A DNA stretch of 32,281 nucleotides, from positions 1-32,281 of the forward strand of contig DATHKF010000684.1 of the NCBI GenBank assembly GCA_035489505.1, written 5' to 3'. Shown piece after piece: positions 1-6,639 of the stretch. The notes below the pieces were generated by a model. That model ran no database searches and had not been told where the DNA came from. It was given only the letters and a program-made list of their open reading frames with translations. Each line of letters starts with the position of its first letter. The stretch's first letter is position 1. Both the position numbers and the translations under genes were made by a program. Source of the stretch: Bacteroidia bacterium. Lineage in GTDB: Bacteria > Bacteroidota > Bacteroidia > Palsa-965.

Positions 1-2
1 CA

Positions 3-818
3 GCAGAAAAAGGACTTGATCTCAGCGGAGTTTCCGGCACCGGCGATTATGGCCGTGTGGTGAAACGCGACATTGCCACCTGGCATCCCGGCAAAATGGG
101 CGGACTTGCATTTGGCAGCCCGGTTATCAATACCACCGAAGGATTTACCGAAGAACCTGTTTCGCAAATGCGTAAAACCATTGCGCGCCGTTTGTCGGAA
201 AGCAAATATGCCGCACCGCATTTCTATCTCACGATGGAAATCGACATGGACCAGGCTGTAAAATCGCGTGAAGCCATCAATGCGCTTTCACCCGTGAAAG
301 TTTCATTCAACGACATGGTGATCCGTGCCTGTGCAGCTTCGTTGCGCCAGCACCCGAAAGTGAATTCATCGTGGCTCGGAGATAAGATCCGTTACAACCA
401 GCATATTCACATTGGTGTTGCGGTGGCCGTTGAAGACGGACTGCTCGTGCCTGTGGTGCGTTTCGCCGACCAGAAATCGTTTGTGCAGATCGGAAATGAG
501 GTTCGTGATCTTGCGAAGAAAGCCAAAGAGAAAAAACTCCAGCCTTCCGAATGGGAAGGAAACACATTCACGATTTCCAATCTCGGGATGTTTGGAATAG
601 ACGAATTCACAGCCATCATTAATCCACCGGATGCATGCATTCTCGCTGTAGGCGGAATTAAAGACACACCGGTAATTCGCAACGGACAAGTTGTTCCGGG
701 CAAAGTGATGAAAGTTACTTTAAGCTGCGATCACCGCGTGGTGGATGGAGCAACAGGCGCAGCGTTTTTGCAGACGCTGAAGATGATGTTGGAGAACCCG
801 GTGACGATACTCATTTAA
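3..818 (+). CDS. pdhC: Dihydrolipoamide acetyltransferase (E2 of the pyruvate dehydrogenase complex), 5'-truncated by the window edge
   Basis: The frame is open from nt 3. AEKGLDLSGVSGTGDYGRVVKRDI is a peripheral-subunit (E3)-binding domain. It is followed by the 2-oxoacid dehydrogenase acyltransferase catalytic domain with SCDHRVVDGATGA (DHRxxDG active site). The sequence closely resembles mitochondrial-type PDC-E2. TAA stop at 816-818. Confidence 0.92.
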   Translation, partial: AEKGLDLSGVSGTGDYGRVVKRDIATWHPGKMGGLAFGSPVINTTEGFTEEPVSQMRKTIARRLSESKYAAPHFYLTMEIDMDQAVKSREAINALSPVKVSFNDMVIRACAASLRQHPKVNSSWLGDKIRYNQHIHIGVAVAVEDGLLVPVVRFADQKSFVQIGNEVRDLAKKAKEKKLQPSEWEGNTFTISNLGMFGIDEFTAIINPPDACILAVGGIKDTPVIRNGQVVPGKVMKVTLSCDHRVVDGATGAAFLQTLKMMLENPVTILI

Positions 819-819
819 T

Positions 820-968
820 TTAACCGCAGAGGCGCGGAGGCGCAGAGAAATTGGTTTGGCGCAGCCTGCAATGGTCGCTGAGCCTTTCATTGGTGCATAC
901 CGTAAACTCTGCGAACATTGCTGACTCTTTAAGTAATGTGCTCTGCGACTCCGCGACTCCGCGGTAAA
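820..968. repeat. Palindromic element, family C copy 1 (arms ACCGCAGAGGCGCGGAGGCGCAGAG / CTCTGCGACTCCGCGACTCCGCGGT)
   Basis: The 25-nt arms at 823-847 and 941-965 pair at 22 of 25 positions. The termini are the same as in the copy at 12427-12556. The element starts 2 nt after the E2 stop codon. Confidence 0.8.
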
Positions 969-991
969 AATTTCATCCCTGGCTTATCATG

Positions 992-1025
992 AAAAAAAAG
1001 TACCAGGAGGGGAACTGCCTGGCAC
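992..1025 (-). terminator. Candidate intrinsic terminator of the 1084-1581 gene
   Basis: The minus strand reads GTGCCAGG-cagttcccct-CCTGGTAC followed by TTTTTTTT. The stem is 8 bp with one mismatch plus a T8 run, about 60 nt downstream of the stop. Confidence 0.5.
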
Positions 1026-1083
1026 CATGCGGTCGGATTGATGGGGGCATCAATCTGTATATTTCAGATATAGGGAATGCGGT

Positions 1084-1581
1084 TTACAGGTCGGCTGTTT
1101 CTTTTTCGCTCGGATTGATCCGGACATTACGGTGATACTGCCTGTTGTATTCAAAGTCTTTCGTTTTCTCGTGGTAGTTGATGTGCGCTACAGGAAAATC
1201 ATCAAACGTGTTGGGCTCAGCATTATTGGGGATAAATGTGATGAGGTAACGGAACGTGTAGCTTTTAGAAAGACCTTCTTCAGGAACGTGCGTATCAATA
1301 AGCAGCACGCGTTCTTTATATCCTTCTTTCACGAATTTGATCGCATAGTTCCGGTTCAGGTCGAGATCGAAGAACACTTCTTTTCTCGCATCCACGAAGA
1401 ATGTATCGGTCGGCGCACCATTCTCGAAAACATAGACCCAGTAATTACTCACTACTTTTCCACCTACGGCCATGTTGCCAGAAAGGAGTACAATGTGCTC
1501 AGCCGGCTTCTCTTTGGCTTCGTCGGCGTTAACGGTTAATCCTGCAAGGAGGAAGGTGAGTGTGATTAATGCAGTTTTCAT
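1084..1581 (-). CDS. Secreted hypothetical protein (signal peptide MKTALITLTFLLAGLTVNA)
   Basis: I chose the ATG at 1581 inside ORF 1084-1605 because it starts a canonical signal peptide. I recognised no family motif. Confidence 0.7.
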   Translation of the reverse strand: MKTALITLTFLLAGLTVNADEAKEKPAEHIVLLSGNMAVGGKVVSNYWVYVFENGAPTDTFFVDARKEVFFDLDLNRNYAIKFVKEGYKERVLLIDTHVPEEGLSKSYTFRYLITFIPNNAEPNTFDDFPVAHINYHEKTKDFEYNRQYHRNVRINPSEKETADL

Positions 1582-1602
1582 CAGTTGTTGTTTTTGATGA
1601 AG

Positions 1603-1610
1603 CAAACCTA
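1603..1610 (-). promoter_or_regulatory. Bacteroidota -7 promoter box TAGGTTTG
   Basis: Exact match to TAnnTTTG on the minus strand, 21 nt upstream of the ATG at 1581. Confidence 0.4.
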
Positions 1611-1691
1611 CTGCGGCCGGGGCGGCGGTTAAAACCAGTGCTGGTCAAATCTTTGCGGATGTAAGATTCTGCCGGAAATTGTATAAAAAAC

Positions 1692-1929
1692 GACAGTGTC
1701 TCAGTTTGAACATTTGCTATTTGACACGGCGACACGGCGCATTTTTACGGTATTTCTTATTCTAAGCCCGGGCGCTCACGGCGAGATAACGGTAACTTCA
1801 CTATAGAATGAAAGATTTCCGCTTGGCGGAAATACAATTGGTCTCGCCGTGAACGCGCGGGCTTAGAACGGGTTTTGTGCTTCTTTTAGCGCCGTGTCGC
1901 CGTGTCAAAAAGCAAAGTGAGACACTACC
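1692..1929. mobile_element. MITE-like nested palindromic element, family A copy 1
   Basis: The ends are GACAGTGTCTCAGTTTGAA... and ...GTGAGACACTACC. There is a perfect 20-bp inner inverted repeat, TTGACACGGCGACACGGCGC (1721-1740 / 1889-1908), and a third nested palindrome TTCTAAGCCCGGGCGCTCACGGCGAG. The 8-nt flanks are TAAAAAAC and AAAAAAAC. The interior is ~95% identical to 9699-9901. Confidence 0.6.
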
Positions 1930-2171
1930 AAAAAAACCGTCCCCTCCTGGTTCCGAAGTTTCGGGAGGGAGGGGATGGTGGGTCCTGTATCTGTCATCGG
2001 GGGACTGATGACAAGTGTTCAGGATTTGAAAATGAGGTGCCTGTGCTTCCGGTTGACGGTGGCAAACATACAAAACGGTCGCCGGATTTTAAATTCAAAT
2101 TCGACGTAGTGCAGAATTAGTGGTTACATAAGACAACATTGAGTCAAAAATTGTGTAAATTTTTGTAGGAT

Positions 2172-2498
2172 ATGGGCTACAAACCAGATCCTACGAAGAA
2201 ATTTTTAGAAGCCGTTGGCGATAACATCCGTTATTATCGCAAGAAGCGCGGATTTACACTTGAGGCTCTCGGTGAAGATATCGGTGTCGACAAAGCAAGG
2301 ATGCACAAAATCGAGCGTGGTCAGAACCTTACATTACTCACGTTGCTCCGGCTTTCAGCCTTTCTTGAAGTCACCATCGCGAAACTGATCGATACCGACA
2401 TCTACGTTTCCTGTGAGGATACGGAGCGTTACGTGAAGGGCAAACAGACCCGTCGCGCACGGCCAAAGAAGGCAAAGAAAGTTGTGAAGAAAAAATAA
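2172..2498 (+). CDS. XRE-family helix-turn-helix transcriptional regulator with a lysine-rich C-terminal tail
   Basis: IRYYRKKRGFTLEALGEDIGVDKARMHKIERGQNLTLLTLLRLSAFL has the typical HTH_XRE layout. The tail reads RRARPKKAKKVVKKK. Confidence 0.75.
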   Translation: MGYKPDPTKKFLEAVGDNIRYYRKKRGFTLEALGEDIGVDKARMHKIERGQNLTLLTLLRLSAFLEVTIAKLIDTDIYVSCEDTERYVKGKQTRRARPKKAKKVVKKK

Positions 2499-2502
2499 CG
2501 GA

Positions 2503-3144
2503 TTATTCCTTCGCTTTCTTCTTTCGTTTTTTAGGTATCACCACCTTCACTTCCGAAGTCTGAGGCCCGAGCCGTTTGGGCCACCACGTTATTCCGGCTG
2601 AGAACGACATGGCCAATGGCGCTCCCGGCGTGAATCCTGCATTGACGTCAAATTCCTCCGACACTTTCCAATGCCAGGCAAATTCTCCGCCAATCGGAAA
2701 GATCTTCCATTGAACATCGCCGATGTTGCGCGAATGATAACGGTTGAAAAAGCCTTTGTCTTCGTATTCATCAAAGCGATTCCAGTCCTCGCGGTAGTAC
2801 AACAGCGGACCAAGTCCCAGCATGAAGCGGTGTTTCTTTTTCTCGAATACCAGCGCGCGGACTCCGATGTGCGTAAAGCCACCCCATCCACCTGAGCAAT
2901 CGGTAAAGAATCCCTGCATGCCGGTTACGCAGATAAGATCTTTGTACACGTAGTGATCAACAGACGCGAATCCCCCAAAGTTGAGAACGAATCGCGCCTG
3001 TTTGTCGAGCTTATACGGCTGTATACTCGCAGTCTGGTCACCAAACGGATGAATCGTCATTCCAAAATACCGGAATGAAAAACTCGTTTGCCCGCTTGCT
3101 TCCAGTACGAATACCAGGAAGAAAAAACAGAAGAGCTTTTTCAT
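2503..3144 (-). CDS. Secreted hypothetical protein, probably an outer-membrane beta-barrel
   Basis: The ATG at 3144 gives the signal peptide MKKLFCFFFLVFVLEASGQ. The mature part has alternating aromatic/Gly-rich strands. Its start overlaps the upstream stop (TAATG at 3142-3146). The longer ORF to 3267 overlaps the upstream gene, so I rejected it. Confidence 0.65.
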   Translation of the reverse strand: MKKLFCFFFLVFVLEASGQTSFSFRYFGMTIHPFGDQTASIQPYKLDKQARFVLNFGGFASVDHYVYKDLICVTGMQGFFTDCSGGWGGFTHIGVRALVFEKKKHRFMLGLGPLLYYREDWNRFDEYEDKGFFNRYHSRNIGDVQWKIFPIGGEFAWHWKVSEEFDVNAGFTPGAPLAMSFSAGITWWPKRLGPQTSEVKVVIPKKRKKKAKE

Positions 3145-3965
3145 TATTTCTTCAATAACCAGATGAGTGGTTCCAGGGCGGATTTCGCCAGGCGATGAAT
3201 CACATTGTACTTGCCGTATTTTTGCACAAACCCCGGCGACCAGCTGTAATACCAGCGCACAAACCATCTGCCCGCTCCTGATTTTTGCAACGTGTTATCG
3301 CGGAAACGACGGAGCACCCAAACTTCCGGCGCATCGTAACTTCCATACACCATCGTAGCGATGTAACAACCGCTGTCGCTGCCTGAACTGCCTGAATCAC
3401 TACCGGAACTGCCTGAATCGCTGCTTGAACTATCGCTGCTGTTGCCGGAACTGGTATTGCTGCTGTCTGCACTTTCTGCAGAAGCCCACACCGATACACC
3501 GATCAAACCGATCGTGAGAACGAGACCGATAAGGATCATGAGCAAAAGCGAAAGCGCCGACATGGATTGAATGAACGAAGCGCGGCCATCAAATCCCATC
3601 AAGGCAACCTGCTTGATGTTGTTTTTCGGAATGGCAACGAGCGTTGAATCCGACAGCGGAATATTTTCGTCCTGCATGTAGATGTTCATGTCGTTTTTGT
3701 GATGCTTGCTTTTTCCAGTGGTCAGCGCCGAAGAATCAACACGTACTGCGTAACCATACATTGTATCACCGGATGTGTACACATTGTTCACGCGGAATAT
3801 ACCGTCGGAGTTGTGCATATACACGTTGTACCCGGAGAGGTAATCTGCAATCTCATTATCACTGAAAAGAACTTCCGTAGGTTGTTCAACCGGTTTGTAA
3901 ACGCGGCAGGCACCCATTAACAAAACAAAAAACGTAATCGCGACAAATCGTAGCGTTGTTTTCAT
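3144..3965 (-). CDS. Lipoprotein with an internal TM helix, a Ser/Gly/Asp low-complexity linker and a C-terminal CYIATxVYGS...LRRFRD domain
   Basis: Lipobox LLMGAC. TM segment LSLLLMILIGLVLTIGLIGVSVW. Linker SSNTSSGNSSDSSSSDSGSSGSDSGSSGSDSG. C-terminus CYIATMVYGSYDAPEVWVLRRFRDNTL..WFVRWYYSWSP, which from memory resembles the 'CFI-box' C-terminal motif. Confidence 0.7.
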   Translation of the reverse strand: MKTTLRFVAITFFVLLMGACRVYKPVEQPTEVLFSDNEIADYLSGYNVYMHNSDGIFRVNNVYTSGDTMYGYAVRVDSSALTTGKSKHHKNDMNIYMQDENIPLSDSTLVAIPKNNIKQVALMGFDGRASFIQSMSALSLLLMILIGLVLTIGLIGVSVWASAESADSSNTSSGNSSDSSSSDSGSSGSDSGSSGSDSGCYIATMVYGSYDAPEVWVLRRFRDNTLQKSGAGRWFVRWYYSWSPGFVQKYGKYNVIHRLAKSALEPLIWLLKK

Positions 3966-4161
3966 AGCATGTTGTTTAGTGAATAGCTGAAAGATAGATA
4001 GTGATCCACAAATGCCGCGCCATATTCAGGCACATTTCAGGCGATTTTCTCTTGTTCATTTGTTGGTACAAGTTAAATTTACCGGTTGTCGAAAATCAAC
4101 AACAGGTTATCGACGATCATGTTGTAACCCGATTCAAACTATTGAATAAGTAAATTCGCAC

Positions 4162-6267
4162 GTGGCAGACAGTTTTCTCGATACGCCGGTAGAATTTTTG
4201 AAAGGAGTTGGTCCTGAACGTGCGCGTGTACTTAAAACTGAATTCGATATTCAAACGTTTGGCGACCTGCTGAAGTGGTATCCGTACCGGCATGTTGACC
4301 GCACAAAATTTTACTCCACGTCGGAAATTCACGCAGACCTTCCATACGTGCAGTTGAAAGGACAAATCCTGAACCTGCAGATTATCGGCAAGCAAAAAGG
4401 TCAGCGTGCAGTTGCACAACTGGTCGATGGAAAAGGAAGTCTTGAACTCGTTTGGTTCCAGGGATTGAAATGGTTGCAGGGAAAATATGTTCCGGGAAAA
4501 GAGTACATCGTTTTCGGGAAGCCAACAGTGTACGGTGGAAAAATAAATATTGCACATCCCGATATCGAAGAAGTCAAAGAAGAAAATGCTCCGCGTGCGA
4601 ATGTTCTTCAGCCCATGTATTCTTCATCAGAGAAAGCCAAATTCAAGGGCCTTGATTCCAAAGGAATTTTGAAACTGATGAAAGTGCTTGTGCCAATGGC
4701 TGAAGGCAAGGTGCCGGAAATTCTACCCGCGTCGGTGATTGAAAAACTGAAAATGCTCCCGCGTTCTGAAGCACTGAAGCAGATTCATTTTCCTTCGGAT
4801 GCAGCGATTCTTCGCCGGGCAGAAGCACGGATCAAGTTCGAGGAATTCCTGATGATCCAGTTGCGTTTGCTGCGCGTGAAGAACCTGCGGAAAACAAATT
4901 TCAAAGGATTTGATTTTGGAACCGTTGGTGAAAAGTTCAACAGCTTTTACAAAGACAATCTTCCGTTCCCGCTTACGAATGCACAGAAGCGTGTGATTAA
5001 AGAAATCCGCGCCGACATGGGAAGCGGTAAACAAATGAATCGTTTGCTGCAGGGAGACGTGGGCAGCGGGAAAACCGTTGTTGCACTCATGTGCATGCTC
5101 ATTGCAAACGATAACGGTTTCCAGGCCTGTCTCATGGCGCCAACGGAAATTCTGGCGAACCAGCATTTTCATTCCATCAGCGAATTGCTGCATGGACTTC
5201 CGGTGCGGATTGCGATGCTTACCGGAAGTTCGAAGCGATCGGAACGAAAAGTATTGCATGAAGCGTTGCGCAATGGCGAAATCGATATTCTGATTGGTAC
5301 TCACGCGCTCATCGAAGATGAAGTGAAGTTCCGCAACCTTGGCTTTGTGGTGATCGACGAGCAGCATCGTTTTGGTGTAGAGCAGCGGTCGAAACTCTGG
5401 AAGAAGAATACGAATCCACCGCACATTCTCGTCATGACTGCAACGCCTATTCCGCGTACGCTCGCAATGACGTTGTACGGCGATCTTGATACTTCGGTAA
5501 TCGATGAACTACCGCCGGGACGCAAGCCGATTAAAACCGTTCATTATTTCGACTCGCAACGTTTGCGTGTGTTTGGTTTTATGAAAGAGCAGATCGAACT
5601 GGGAAGACAGGTCTACGTGGTGTATCCATTGATCCAGGAATCGGAGAAGATGGATTACAAAGATCTCATGGATGGATACGAGAGCATATCGCGTGCGTTT
5701 GCACCACCGGAATTTCGCGTGAGTATTGTTCACGGAAAAATGAAACACGCCGACAAAGATTTCGAAATGCAGCGGTTTGTGAAACGCGAAACGCACATCA
5801 TGGTTGCCACAACGGTGATTGAAGTGGGCGTGAATATTCCGAACGCCAGCGTGATGGTGATTGAGAGTGCAGAACGTTTCGGCTTGTCGCAACTTCACCA
5901 GCTGCGCGGAAGGGTGGGGCGTGGTGCGGAACAATCTTTCTGCATCCTGATGACCGGAAGTAAACTGAGCAAAGATTCGAAACTGCGCATGGACACCATG
6001 GTGCGTACAAACGATGGGTTCGAAATTGCGGAAGTCGACCTGAAGCTCCGTGGCCCCGGTGATCTCGAAGGAACACAACAGAGCGGACTAACCGGTTTGC
6101 GGCTTGCCGACATTACTAAAGACGTAAGCATTTTGAAGCACGCGCGCGGAGTAGCTGCGGAAATTCTCGATGCTGATCCGGCGCTGGAGAAAAAAGAGAA
6201 TGCGCCGCTGTATGCGGAACTGGCGCGGGAGCAGAGTAGTTCGGTGAATTGGGGACGAATCAGTTAA
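4162..6267 (+). CDS. recG: ATP-dependent DNA helicase RecG
   Basis: 701 aa. The N-terminus has LKGVGPERA and a wedge/OB region. Walker A is GDVGSGKT and motif II is VIDEQHRFGV. TATPIPRTL and QLHQLRGRVGRG are also present. GTG start. Confidence 0.97.
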   Translation: MADSFLDTPVEFLKGVGPERARVLKTEFDIQTFGDLLKWYPYRHVDRTKFYSTSEIHADLPYVQLKGQILNLQIIGKQKGQRAVAQLVDGKGSLELVWFQGLKWLQGKYVPGKEYIVFGKPTVYGGKINIAHPDIEEVKEENAPRANVLQPMYSSSEKAKFKGLDSKGILKLMKVLVPMAEGKVPEILPASVIEKLKMLPRSEALKQIHFPSDAAILRRAEARIKFEEFLMIQLRLLRVKNLRKTNFKGFDFGTVGEKFNSFYKDNLPFPLTNAQKRVIKEIRADMGSGKQMNRLLQGDVGSGKTVVALMCMLIANDNGFQACLMAPTEILANQHFHSISELLHGLPVRIAMLTGSSKRSERKVLHEALRNGEIDILIGTHALIEDEVKFRNLGFVVIDEQHRFGVEQRSKLWKKNTNPPHILVMTATPIPRTLAMTLYGDLDTSVIDELPPGRKPIKTVHYFDSQRLRVFGFMKEQIELGRQVYVVYPLIQESEKMDYKDLMDGYESISRAFAPPEFRVSIVHGKMKHADKDFEMQRFVKRETHIMVATTVIEVGVNIPNASVMVIESAERFGLSQLHQLRGRVGRGAEQSFCILMTGSKLSKDSKLRMDTMVRTNDGFEIAEVDLKLRGPGDLEGTQQSGLTGLRLADITKDVSILKHARGVAAEILDADPALEKKENAPLYAELAREQSSSVNWGRIS

Positions 6268-6348
6268 TGTGCTGATGTGAAAATGTGCTAATTGATCCTT
6301 CGGCAAGCTCAGGACGCGCCTGCGGCAGCAAGGAATTTTTTCTTTTGT

Positions 6349-6418
6349 GTTATTAACCCCGGGTTACGATCCTTCGGATCTCACCCGGGGTTAATAACAT
6401 TCGACCCCTTCAGGGTCG
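6349..6418. other. Nested hairpins downstream of recG
   Basis: GTTATTAACCCCGGGT (6349-6364) pairs perfectly with ACCCGGGGTTAATAAC (6383-6398) and encloses the mini-hairpin GATCC-TTC-GGATC. A second hairpin, CGACCC-cttca-GGGTCG, lies at 6402-6418. No T-run follows. Confidence 0.6.
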
Positions 6419-6507
6419 TGCAATTCACAAAGAAGCAAATGCCGGGACTTTCAAAGTTGCGCGACCGTGAAGGGGGCGAATGTCCCTTGAACGAAGTGAA
6501 AGGGAAA

Positions 6508-6639
6508 AATGATTTGCTAAAATCTTTGTCGACTTCGATACAATTAACTGTTGTCACTTCGAGTGTCCGACGAAGGAGGAGGTATCGAGAAGCGACAACA
6601 GTTAATCACTCAGTCTGACAAAGATTTTAGCAAATCATT
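6508..6639. repeat. Palindromic element, family B copy 1
   Basis: The 110-nt core (6519-6628) is ~96% identical to 18438-18546, and the first 62 nt are identical. The copy-specific outer stem AATGATTTGCT (6508-6518) / AGCAAATCATT (6629-6639) is perfect. The right arm contains the TGA stop (6635-6637) of the DUF2723 gene. Confidence 0.85.

Noticed and set aside
1801-2120. ORFs 1801-2073 (-) and 1902-2120 (+) in the 590-bp gap
   Set aside because: They overlap each other and the A1 palindrome. They have low-complexity, unmotifed products and no promoter box or plausible start context.
2172-2498. XRE regulator as half of a toxin-antitoxin or phage immunity module
   Set aside because: There is no adjacent small toxin-like ORF and no phage genes. 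Its neighbour is a convergent envelope gene, so I call it only a stand-alone regulator.
4643-6131. Long antisense ORFs inside recG (4723-5424, 5509-6078 and others), and similar ones inside pheT, the DUF2723 gene, hutU and the OmpA gene
   Set aside because: They lie opposite strongly motif-supported genes and are typical shadow ORFs.
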